The notes beneath the pieces were generated by a model, which saw nothing but the letters and a program-made list of their open reading frames with translations, had not been told where the DNA came from and ran no database searches. 31,997 nucleotides of DNA. Origin: a virus. Its lineage: Duplodnaviria; Caudoviricetes. The position numbers and the translations under genes are program-made. The stretch covers positions 1 to 31,997 of IMG/VR virus record IMGVR_UViG_3300044723_001604. The stretch is one strand, 5' to 3'. Below are positions 16,104-25,600 of this stretch, piece after piece (positions within the stretch are counted from its first letter, which is position 1; every line of letters begins with the position of its first letter).

Positions 16104-18583
16104 TGGCTGTAGTATCACAAAGTATACCTAATTTTCTAAATGGCATTAGCCAGCAGACACCTACTCAACGTGGAATTAATCAAGGTGAAGACCAAGTTAA
16201 TTGCTCTAACAGTGTTGTTGATGGTTTATCTAAAAGACCACCTTTAGAATATGTAGCAACTTTAGATGCTTCTAACCTATTACCTAACACTGCTAAAACA
16301 TGGTCTATACAAAGAGATGAGAGCAATAGATACATAACATCATTTTATAATGGTGGTATTAAAGTTTATGATTTAGATGGTAATGAGAAGACTGTTACTT
16401 ATCCTGACGGTACATCATACTTAACTACCACCAATCCTAAAGAAGATTTTAAAATGGTTAACATAGCTGACTACACTTTTGTAGTTAACAAATCTATTGT
16501 ACCTATAGCTGACTCAACAACTTCAGCTGCTAAAATAGAGCATTTCTATGTAGTGTTTACTGTTAGTAATTTTGGTAGAGAGTATGCAATACACCTAACT
16601 CACCCTGACTTATCTTATGGTATCAACGCTATTATACAAATGCCTGATGGTAGTGATGCTAACCATGACACAGATTTTAGAGACACAGGCAAGCTTATAG
16701 ATATCTTCCTTAAAGGAACAAGCAGTGGTTATTGGAATAGTGCTTCTAGTATTGAGTTTAAATTAACTAGAGCAGACACAGGTGCTACTTTAAGTACTAC
16801 TCAAGGGCTAGGAACATACTCAGAAGTAACAGCTGAGTTTACATTTACAGAACATCAATCATCTTTACGTGGTCTAGTTGTAGATGGCAACACTAATTAC
16901 ACAGTAGAGACTCATGATGGTGCTGGTAACAGTGAGCTTTATGCTATAAAAGATGAGATACAAGATTTTACTAAACTACCTTTCTATGCAAATGATGGTG
17001 ACAAGATTAAAGTAACAGGTGACGCTGGTGATACATCATCAGATTACTATGTTAACTATGTAGGTAATGGAGTGTGGGAAGAGTGTATAGCTCCAGCGAC
17101 TTCGCTAGGTCTTGATGACGCTTATATGCCACACGCATTAATAAACAACAATGATGGGACATTCACATTTGCTAAACAATCATGGACGGATAGAGACTGT
17201 GGGGACACTACAACTAATCCTAACCCTACCTTTGTTGGACAGAAGATACAGAACTTAACGTTCTTTAAAAGTAGACTAGGCATATTATCAGGAGAGAACT
17301 TAATACTCTCAGGTAATGCAGATTACTTTAACTTCTTTTCATCTACAGTAACGCAAGTGTTAGACACTGACCCTATAGATGTTGCAGCTTCAGGTACAAC
17401 AGTTAATACTTTAAAACATTCAATAGCATTTAATGAGACTCTATTGTTATTCTCAGATACAGCACAATACAAAGTGGGTTATGCTGGTGAAACTATTACA
17501 CCACTAACAACTATACTAAATGAAGTATCTACATTCGCTTTAGATGATGCTGTAACACCTGTATCTTCAGGTAAGTTTGCATACTTTGCACAGAAGAGGA
17601 ACGCTAACACAGCTATAAGAGAATACTTTGCTGACAATGACACACTAACTAATGATGGTCTTGATATTACTGTAGCAGTACAAAAACTTATTCCTGAAAA
17701 TGCTTATCAAATGATTAGTAATACAACAGAAGATACTTTAATGGTACTTTGTGCAGATACAGCTGACACACAAGTAGCCCCTTACTCAGGGACAGCTTCA
17801 GCAACTAACGCTTCAACAATGTTTATATACAAGTATTTCTTTGATAGAGGAGAGAAGGTACAAACAGCGTGGTCTAAGTGGACATTTACAGGTGTAAAGA
17901 TACTTGGTGGCATGACTGTAAACAACTATGTTTATTTAATAGCAGCTGAAGATACTGATACTAAATTGTTTAGGATAGACCTACAAAACTTAGCAGACTC
18001 AACTATAGGCTTTAATGTTCATGTTGATTTTAAAAAGAGTGTAACAGGTACTTATTCTTCAGGCACAGGTTTAACAACATTTACAGCACCATACGGAGCT
18101 AAAACAGGTCTTATAGCTGTTGATAGTACTACAGGTGCAAACTATACAGCTACTAACACCAGTGGTGGTACATATACAATAGAAGGAGACCACACTGGTT
18201 TAATAATAGGTGTGCCTTATGAATCTAAATATACACTTTCGCCACAATATGTTAGAGAAGCTGCTGGTAATGGTGTCATAGCTATTACTTCAGGTAGATA
18301 CCAAATTAGAACTATATCTTTTGATTATGAGAACTCAGGTTTCTTTCAAGTAGAAGTTACTCCTGAGACTAGAGACGCATATACAACTATAATGAATGGC
18401 TATGTTGTAGGCTTCTCAGGTAGTGTAGACAATCCAGCATTATCTAGCGGGACACTGGTTGTCCCAGTACAATCTAGAAACACACAGTTTACTTTAAATG
18501 TAAAAAGCAGCAGTCATCTACCCATGTTTATACCAAGTGCAGAAGTAGAGGGCTATTATCATAGACGTTCTAAGAGGGTATAA
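16103..18583 (+). CDS. Tail tubular protein B / nozzle (T7 gp12-like)
   Basis: SQSIPNFLNGISQQ, GL.KRPP, FFKSRLG.LSGEN, DPIDV, QTAWSKW, SGRYQIR. Confidence 0.95.
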   Translation: MAVVSQSIPNFLNGISQQTPTQRGINQGEDQVNCSNSVVDGLSKRPPLEYVATLDASNLLPNTAKTWSIQRDESNRYITSFYNGGIKVYDLDGNEKTVTYPDGTSYLTTTNPKEDFKMVNIADYTFVVNKSIVPIADSTTSAAKIEHFYVVFTVSNFGREYAIHLTHPDLSYGINAIIQMPDGSDANHDTDFRDTGKLIDIFLKGTSSGYWNSASSIEFKLTRADTGATLSTTQGLGTYSEVTAEFTFTEHQSSLRGLVVDGNTNYTVETHDGAGNSELYAIKDEIQDFTKLPFYANDGDKIKVTGDAGDTSSDYYVNYVGNGVWEECIAPATSLGLDDAYMPHALINNNDGTFTFAKQSWTDRDCGDTTTNPNPTFVGQKIQNLTFFKSRLGILSGENLILSGNADYFNFFSSTVTQVLDTDPIDVAASGTTVNTLKHSIAFNETLLLFSDTAQYKVGYAGETITPLTTILNEVSTFALDDAVTPVSSGKFAYFAQKRNANTAIREYFADNDTLTNDGLDITVAVQKLIPENAYQMISNTTEDTLMVLCADTADTQVAPYSGTASATNASTMFIYKYFFDRGEKVQTAWSKWTFTGVKILGGMTVNNYVYLIAAEDTDTKLFRIDLQNLADSTIGFNVHVDFKKSVTGTYSSGTGLTTFTAPYGAKTGLIAVDSTTGANYTATNTSGGTYTIEGDHTGLIIGVPYESKYTLSPQYVREAAGNGVIAITSGRYQIRTISFDYENSGFFQVEVTPETRDAYTTIMNGYVVGFSGSVDNPALSSGTLVVPVQSRNTQFTLNVKSSSHLPMFIPSAEVEGYYHRRSKRV

Positions 18584-18584
18584 A

Positions 18585-19052
18585 ATGGCACATGTGAGAA
18601 ATGCAATAGTAGCAGATGGTTTATTCCTAGCTCCTAAGATGCGGGATGAAGACAAAGATGAATTACTGGCGGCTGATGGTGTACGACCTATGACTGCCTT
18701 GTTAGAACCTTTTAAACATAGAGGAGCTCGTAACTACAGTGTCATTGGCACAGAGGAAGAATATGTTGTTGGCATGTTTGGCTCAGTACCTTCTCAAACA
18801 AAAGGATGGGGTGTAGCTTGGTTGTTATCTAGTGATGAGCTGTTTAAGTATAAGAAAGAATTTGTAAAACAATGTCCCCAATGGTTAGAAGACATGGGCA
18901 AAGGGTATGACTACCTATATAATTATGTAGATAAAAGAAATGACAAGTCATTAAAATGGCTCAAGTATTTAGGATTTAAAGAAATAGAAGAGATTGAAGA
19001 GTATGGACATCTTAAGATGCCCTTCTTATTAATGGTTAAGGAGATGAAATAG
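18585..19052 (+). CDS. Internal virion protein A (T7 gp13-like), GNAT-like acyltransferase fold
   Basis: Position after gp12; LYNYVDKRNDKSLKWLKYLGF resembles the GNAT N..S......LGF motif. Confidence 0.85.
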   Translation: MAHVRNAIVADGLFLAPKMRDEDKDELLAADGVRPMTALLEPFKHRGARNYSVIGTEEEYVVGMFGSVPSQTKGWGVAWLLSSDELFKYKKEFVKQCPQWLEDMGKGYDYLYNYVDKRNDKSLKWLKYLGFKEIEEIEEYGHLKMPFLLMVKEMK

Positions 19053-19053
19053 T

Positions 19054-19671
19054 ATGTGTGGTGTTAACGAAGCAATGGCAGTCTTGTCGATAATGAAATC
19101 AGTCAGTGATTTTCAAGGTGCAAAAGCTCAAGCTAAAGCAAATAAGGCATCTAATGAGATTACTGAACAGAACACTAACATGTCCTACATGAATGACATC
19201 CAAAAAATAGAAGGTGAACGAATAGAGGCTGCTAGAGAAATGTCATTAACTGACTTCACAAATAAAATGAAATTAAGAAAAGAACAAGCACAAGCTCTTA
19301 ACTTAGGTTTTGGTAATCCTTTTAAAGTTGTCCAAGACATAATGGGCAGAGGTGATACAGATTACGTAGAACTACAAAATGCTTTCTTATCAGACATGTA
19401 TAAAGCTAATTATCAATATGACCAAGCCTACGCTAACCTACAGAAAAACAGAAATAAATACATGAAGACTGTTTCAGAACCAAGTGCATTAGGATTAGGT
19501 TTACAAATAGCAACAACAGCTGGAGCTTATGCAATGAGTCCAAACTCTATTGTTAACCAACCTTCAAAAGCTGAGATGGCTAACAAAGCTAGCTACGGAT
19601 GGGGCATTAATGCACAAAGGAAAATAACAGGTAACTATACACCAGCAGACTATTTAGGAGTAGGTAAATAA
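19054..19671 (+). CDS. Internal virion protein B (T7 gp14-like)
   Basis: Position, ~200 aa size, MC start, helical Ala/Gln-rich sequence with a hydrophobic segment PSALGLGLQIA. Confidence 0.8.
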   Translation: MCGVNEAMAVLSIMKSVSDFQGAKAQAKANKASNEITEQNTNMSYMNDIQKIEGERIEAAREMSLTDFTNKMKLRKEQAQALNLGFGNPFKVVQDIMGRGDTDYVELQNAFLSDMYKANYQYDQAYANLQKNRNKYMKTVSEPSALGLGLQIATTAGAYAMSPNSIVNQPSKAEMANKASYGWGINAQRKITGNYTPADYLGVGK

Positions 19672-21692
19672 TGGCATATGAATCTAAAGTAACAAACAAA
19701 TACTTCGGCACTACATTTGCTGGTGGTGGTAAAGCAAGTGTGCAAGAAACAGAACTCTCAGGGTTAGTAAAAGCATTAGGTAACTCACTCCCACAATTAC
19801 AAGAGATGGGCAACCAGTATATAAAAACCCAAGAACAAGAAGCAGCTACAGAAATAACTAAACTAAATGCACAGGGTAAGAGTACAGAGGAAATCAAAAA
19901 GATAATAGACTCAGGTGAGAATGAGGCTTTAAGTAGTATGTATGCTACAGCTACTAACAATTTATGGATAGGCAAACTAACAGCCGCAGAGGATATAAGA
20001 CGTGCTAGAGAGAATTTAGCGGACTATAATCCTGATGAACAAACAATGGATGAGTACTTATCCAGTCATGTAACAATGGATTTTAGTGCGGGTGATAAAT
20101 ACCTTGCGGGTGGATATGCTTCTGTATTCAATGAAGAAAAAGCTAAATTAAATAGTTATGATGCAGAGCAAAGATTTAAAGTAGGATACACAAAAAAAGT
20201 ACAAGGCTTAGCTAACTTTATCAGAACTTTTGAAGCTACTACTGACGAGGGTATAAGTGTATTTAGTAGAATAGACAATACTGGCTACAGTAAACAACAG
20301 ATAAATGAAGCCGCTATTCAGGCAGCTGAATACCAAATTGTAAATGCAACTACTGCTGCAGAAGTAACAGCAGCAATGGGAATTTTAAATGCTGATAGAG
20401 GACTAGGTAAAAATGGTATGAAACTAGGGTCATTAATATCTGCTGGAAACAAAGACGCTGTTGCTCTTCAGAGGGTTGCCCAAGCTAAAAGAATACAAGT
20501 TATAAACTTTAACAAGAAAATGGCGGAGTTTAAAAAAGAAGATGATAGAGAAACAGTTATAAATGACGTACTTAATGGACAGATGAATTTACAACAAGCT
20601 GAAGATTCTTTATTAAAATCAGGGTCTTGGAACGCAGCTACTGCAAAAACTTTAGAATATGTCAAGAATAGAAAAGACTACACGGCTGATAAAACAATAG
20701 TAGATGCCTTTAGGGTGTCAGTAGCTGAAGGAAAATACACCAGTCAGGCAGAAATGTTAGCCGCAGCAATGAAGATGGGTATTCCGTATGAAGCTAGTCT
20801 TGTAAGTGCTTATAAAAGTTCTAGAGAAGGTGAGCCACCTATATATGACACTGATACTACTTATAAAAGCAATATAGACTTAATGGTTAAGTCACTTTCA
20901 TATGACGGCATGGGTAACTTTAACAGGGACACAGCTTATTCTATTCGACTTTTTGTTGAGAATGAAATACTTATACAAGAGGCTGAAAACCCTAACATGT
21001 CACTAGCTGAGAAAAGAGAATTTATGAACAACGTACGTCAAGACGCTAAAACCTTAAAAGAGAGTAATGCATTTGGTGGTGGGGCTCTAGAAAACGTGGT
21101 TAAAGCTATAGTACCCGATTCTTCTGTGCAAAGAGCTGAGGAAGCAAGAATTAAAAAAGAAGAGGAAGACGCTAGAAATGCAGCAATAAAAGTTAAACAA
21201 GATGAGGTTAGAGCAACAATAATGCCTAAGATAGAAACTGTGTTCTCCCAAGACACCACATCTTTAGCTGAAAATGTACCCCAATTTGACTTTGAAACAG
21301 ATACTACTTTACTACAGACTGATGAAAGAGACATGGAAGACTTTAGGCGTAACGAAGTATATCCTTATATTGCACAAGAATTTTCTAGAATCACTGGTAT
21401 TACAAATGCAGAAACTTTAGAAATGTTTGTTGCGAGTATGGGGGATGATTTAGAACCTCTAGTCAATCAATTAGCTGAAGCTTTTGGTGTTGATATAAAC
21501 ACAATCATTGCTGCAACAGGTGAAGACTTTATGCGTAATCTAGGTTACACACCTGACGTGGAGAAAAATAAAAACAAAACAAGAACTAAAAAGACTCAGG
21601 AAGAGTTAGATACTATTTATGAAAACCAAGAAAATCTAAGCCAAAAGAAGATTAAGGATATTAAAGAAAAATCGAGAGGACGTAACAAATAA
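19671..21692 (+). CDS. Internal virion protein C (T7 gp15-like)
   Basis: Position, size (673 aa), helical composition and TAATG coupling. No specific motif recognised. Confidence 0.7.
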   Translation: MAYESKVTNKYFGTTFAGGGKASVQETELSGLVKALGNSLPQLQEMGNQYIKTQEQEAATEITKLNAQGKSTEEIKKIIDSGENEALSSMYATATNNLWIGKLTAAEDIRRARENLADYNPDEQTMDEYLSSHVTMDFSAGDKYLAGGYASVFNEEKAKLNSYDAEQRFKVGYTKKVQGLANFIRTFEATTDEGISVFSRIDNTGYSKQQINEAAIQAAEYQIVNATTAAEVTAAMGILNADRGLGKNGMKLGSLISAGNKDAVALQRVAQAKRIQVINFNKKMAEFKKEDDRETVINDVLNGQMNLQQAEDSLLKSGSWNAATAKTLEYVKNRKDYTADKTIVDAFRVSVAEGKYTSQAEMLAAAMKMGIPYEASLVSAYKSSREGEPPIYDTDTTYKSNIDLMVKSLSYDGMGNFNRDTAYSIRLFVENEILIQEAENPNMSLAEKREFMNNVRQDAKTLKESNAFGGGALENVVKAIVPDSSVQRAEEARIKKEEEDARNAAIKVKQDEVRATIMPKIETVFSQDTTSLAENVPQFDFETDTTLLQTDERDMEDFRRNEVYPYIAQEFSRITGITNAETLEMFVASMGDDLEPLVNQLAEAFGVDINTIIAATGEDFMRNLGYTPDVEKNKNKTRTKKTQEELDTIYENQENLSQKKIKDIKEKSRGRNK

Positions 21693-24600
21693 TGCTAGAT
21701 ATAAGAGATAGAAAAAATAGAGAAGAAGAAGGTCTTAATAAAGAAGCAGAAACAGCTGACGAAAGAAGAAGCATAAATAAAGAGCGTCGTGAAAGTGTTA
21801 CATTAAATAAAAATCTAAACAAGCCTGACGACCAGTATGAGGCTTTACAAGAACTTCAAACTGAGAAGTTTATAGAGACAGCTAGAAGTTTTTATAACCA
21901 CAGAGAAGAGACTAACATCTATGACGGTGTAGAAGATTCTGATATCTTAGAAAAATTCTATGATGATAGAACATGGGGAAATTATAACACTTTATCTATG
22001 GGTGCAGATGTGGCTTTCACAGCTATGGAAGAGGATGAGTCAAGGATACAACAATTTGCATACCTACAACAAACTTTTGAACGCTTACCTTCATTTTGGA
22101 ATGACCCTAATAGGTCTTTTGGTCGCTGGTTATTAGACGCTGGGGGAGCTATGGTTGTTGACCCTGTTAATCTTGTAGGTCTTGGAGTAGGTAAAATAGC
22201 AGCTAAAGAATCTTTTAGTCAGGTGTTAAAGGCTCAACTTAAAAGTAAAATGGCTAAAGAAATAGAGTTAGATATTTTAGAAGGTATAGCTAAAGAGTCC
22301 AGTAAAAAAGCTTTAGGCAAAGCTGTTAAGAAAGGTGCAGTATATGAAGGTTTAATAGCTGGTGCTATTACAGGTGCACAAGATGGTTTACTACAAAGTA
22401 CTGCTATAAACACTGGTGTTCAAGAAAACTATGATTTATCTCAAATGGGTCTTAATGCAGCAGCTGGCGGAGCTTTTGGTACTTTGTTTGGAGCAGCTAC
22501 TTCAGCTTTTAGTTTCAAACTAACTAACAATCAAATGAAAAATCAAGGTATAAGACAGTTAGAAGATATCCATAAATATGGTGTTGAGAATACAAACGGA
22601 ACACGTTTATTTAATGACTTGTTATTAGAAAAAGATACTAAACAGCTATATAAAAATATGAGTAAGGCTGAGAAACAAAAAATAGAGTTAAGTAAAGAAG
22701 GCACTTTAGATTTAGAAGCTGACGTCAACACAACTATAGTTCAATTAAGAACTAGCCCTAAAACTTCTACAGGTAAACCACCCGAAGAAGCTTTTAACTA
22801 TAACCGCATTAATAATGCTGACGCAGTAGAATATATAATGAAATATACAAGAGAAATTGCTGGGAATTTTAATAAAAATAAAATCAGCTTAGAAGAAATG
22901 AGAAAAGATGCAGCAGCAAAAGGTCTAGACCCTGATAAAGTTTTTAAAAAAGGGAAAAAAATAGCTGAGTATAGAGACATGTATGCAGACGTTATAGCTC
23001 ATAGAGAACTCATGGTTAAAGAATCAGCAGACATTAGAGTGTTATCAGCTAAATTAAGTAGAAGTGATATTACACCTAAAGAAAGAGCTGATATTATAGC
23101 TGAAATAGAAAAAAGAGATAGTTTTGTAACTGAAATAATAGATAATCAAGCAAGGGGACAAGAGAATGTTGCACAAACTTTAACATCTTATAGAGTACAA
23201 GTAGGTGGAGAAAAAGTAGCTGAACTCCAAAATAGACCAACAGACCCTAAACAGATAAAATTAAAAAAGGATAACCCTGAAGAGTTTTATAAAAAACTTT
23301 CTGAGCTAGATGATGAACAAATTATTCAAGCATTAACTCACCATAAAGATTTTGATACTTGGGATTTAGCAGCTGAATATGTTAACAACAATTTACTATC
23401 TTCACCTGACACACACATATTAAATATAACTTCAGGTCTTACACAAACTATGTGGAAACCTTTTGTAATGACTTTACGTGCTGCAAACTTAACTTTTAGA
23501 GACAGACAACGGGCAGCTTCAATAGGTAGAGAAGCTTTTAATACATTTATACAACAGATTGCTTACAGTGGACATGCTTTAGGAAATCTGTATAGAGGCT
23601 TTTTAAAAGGTCGTCCTATCCTAGACCAACGACAACTTAAAGTGGATAGCACTGTCAAACAAGGTAATCTACAAAAATGGATGAACGCTACTGCTGAGCT
23701 TTTGACACAACCGTTAGGAAGAACAGGACGTTTAATGCAAAAATATATGGTACAACCAACAACAGCTACAGTCACAGCTCCGTTAAGAGTGTTAAGTGCT
23801 GGTGATGAGTTTTTAAAGAATATGTTTTTTAAAGGTCGAATGGCTGCTCAAATACATGAGTTAATTATAAGAGACCACCCTGATATTATAAGCAATAAAT
23901 TTATGTCTCCTATCTTTTTAAAAGGTAAGTACAAAGAAAAGTTTAGAGAATATGAAAAGCTCTACTTAAATGAAAAAGGTGAGGCAATTAATGTTGATGA
24001 CTTACTACCTGAAGAAAGAGCAAAGCTTAGAACAGAAGACACTTTAGCTTACAACACGCCTCTACGGTACGCTCAAGAAGGTTCATACACACAATCAGCT
24101 AAAATTAAAGATTCTCAAACAGGTCAAGATGCTACACCAAACTTAACTCAAGGGGTTTTAGATGTGACAAGTGGTGGTGGAAAATGGATGAGAGTATTTG
24201 GTTTACACTTTATTAACACCCCATCTAACTTGATACGTTGGAATATGCAACATTTACCAATTTTGGGTAGATATCAATTAGAAATGCGTCAACTATTAAG
24301 AATGAAAGATGGTAGCCTATATAACCCTATGAACCCTAGACAGAACATTAAAGACGCTATAGACCCTGAAGCAGCTGCTGAAGCAACAGCCCGTATTCAA
24401 GCTGGTTATTTAGTGTGGACAGCGGCTGTGTATGCAGCTATTGAAGGTAAGATAACAGGTGGTGGCTCTAGAGATTTTAGAGAAAACGAAGAACGTAAAA
24501 AAGCGACTGGATGGCAAGAGTATTCATACAGAAAAGAAGATGGGACTTATGTTTCATTCAATAGGTTAGACCCTTTAGCTATGCCTTTTGGTATTGCCGC

Positions 24601-25555
24601 TGACATGTTAGATGTTTATGAAGATTATGTGTCAGTTAATAAGGACGTACCTGAACACTTACAATCACCTTTACTAGAAGCTTTTATGGGTGCAACTGTA
24701 GGTATGATACGTAATATGACTTCTAAATTTTACACACAAAACATTGTGGAAACAGCCAACGCTTTATTAAGTGATGATTTTATAAGACAACGTGCCCCTG
24801 ATAGATTTTGGTCAGGTGCTGCTGCTAGAACTATTTTTAAATTTACCCCATTGTCAGGCTCTTTACGCTATTCAAATAGAATAGGTAATGAATATCAAAC
24901 TGAATTAGTAACATTCATGGACAGGTTAAAACGTTTAGACCCCGCTACTTCAGATTTCTCATGGTTAACTGATGAGCCTGTAGAGAATGTTATGCCAGCT
25001 CGTGATATGTTTGGTGACAAAGTGCCGAGAAATAAAGGATGGCTGTTTGGAATGGAAGTTACATCTTCTCCTTTTGCTTGGACAAAATGGTCTAGTCGTG
25101 AAATATCTGATTTCTTTGCAGACAGGGAGTTTAATTATAAAAAACCAGATTACAACGCCCCAAAGACTAAGCTGGATTTGAGAAGTATTAAAGACCCTAA
25201 AACTAGGCAATCAGCTTACGATTACATGATGGAAGCTAGAGGAGCTATAAAAGATTATTCTTATAAAGGGCAAAAAAACTTAAGTCTTAAGGAGTATATT
25301 GAAAACATTATAAGAGATAAAGACAGTGGACTGTATGATTTACCAACCAAAGAATACACCCTTAAAGATTACCAACAAAACTTTATTTTAGACATTATTA
25401 ACTCTGCTCATAAAACAGCATGGGCTATGACAAGGGAAAAGTTCCCTATAATTGATGAAACACTGTATAAAATGAATCTGTTTGAAGCTCAAGGTTTTGA
25501 GAATTATCAAAACAGAGATAAATTTATAGAAAACATTTGGGATTACGCAGACTAA
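21692..25555 (+). CDS. Internal virion protein D (T7 gp16-like)
   Basis: Position, 1287 aa, Gly/Ala-rich hydrophobic segments, and F..TP.N, ITGGG, RLDP motifs typical of large ejection proteins. Confidence 0.75.
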   Translation: MLDIRDRKNREEEGLNKEAETADERRSINKERRESVTLNKNLNKPDDQYEALQELQTEKFIETARSFYNHREETNIYDGVEDSDILEKFYDDRTWGNYNTLSMGADVAFTAMEEDESRIQQFAYLQQTFERLPSFWNDPNRSFGRWLLDAGGAMVVDPVNLVGLGVGKIAAKESFSQVLKAQLKSKMAKEIELDILEGIAKESSKKALGKAVKKGAVYEGLIAGAITGAQDGLLQSTAINTGVQENYDLSQMGLNAAAGGAFGTLFGAATSAFSFKLTNNQMKNQGIRQLEDIHKYGVENTNGTRLFNDLLLEKDTKQLYKNMSKAEKQKIELSKEGTLDLEADVNTTIVQLRTSPKTSTGKPPEEAFNYNRINNADAVEYIMKYTREIAGNFNKNKISLEEMRKDAAAKGLDPDKVFKKGKKIAEYRDMYADVIAHRELMVKESADIRVLSAKLSRSDITPKERADIIAEIEKRDSFVTEIIDNQARGQENVAQTLTSYRVQVGGEKVAELQNRPTDPKQIKLKKDNPEEFYKKLSELDDEQIIQALTHHKDFDTWDLAAEYVNNNLLSSPDTHILNITSGLTQTMWKPFVMTLRAANLTFRDRQRAASIGREAFNTFIQQIAYSGHALGNLYRGFLKGRPILDQRQLKVDSTVKQGNLQKWMNATAELLTQPLGRTGRLMQKYMVQPTTATVTAPLRVLSAGDEFLKNMFFKGRMAAQIHELIIRDHPDIISNKFMSPIFLKGKYKEKFREYEKLYLNEKGEAINVDDLLPEERAKLRTEDTLAYNTPLRYAQEGSYTQSAKIKDSQTGQDATPNLTQGVLDVTSGGGKWMRVFGLHFINTPSNLIRWNMQHLPILGRYQLEMRQLLRMKDGSLYNPMNPRQNIKDAIDPEAAAEATARIQAGYLVWTAAVYAAIEGKITGGGSRDFRENEERKKATGWQEYSYRKEDGTYVSFNRLDPLAMPFGIAADMLDVYEDYVSVNKDVPEHLQSPLLEAFMGATVGMIRNMTSKFYTQNIVETANALLSDDFIRQRAPDRFWSGAAARTIFKFTPLSGSLRYSNRIGNEYQTELVTFMDRLKRLDPATSDFSWLTDEPVENVMPARDMFGDKVPRNKGWLFGMEVTSSPFAWTKWSSREISDFFADREFNYKKPDYNAPKTKLDLRSIKDPKTRQSAYDYMMEARGAIKDYSYKGQKNLSLKEYIENIIRDKDSGLYDLPTKEYTLKDYQQNFILDIINSAHKTAWAMTREKFPIIDETLYKMNLFEAQGFENYQNRDKFIENIWDYAD

Positions 25556-25572
25556 TAAAGTACCCGTCTTAG
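25556..25572 (+). promoter_or_regulatory. Phage RNAP promoter, copy 4 (TAAAGTACCCGTCTTAG), equivalent to phi17
   Basis: Matches the repeated 17-mer. Intergenic, upstream of the tail fibre gene. Confidence 0.85.
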
Positions 25573-25600
25573 ATAATAGATACTAGAGAGAAACATACAC

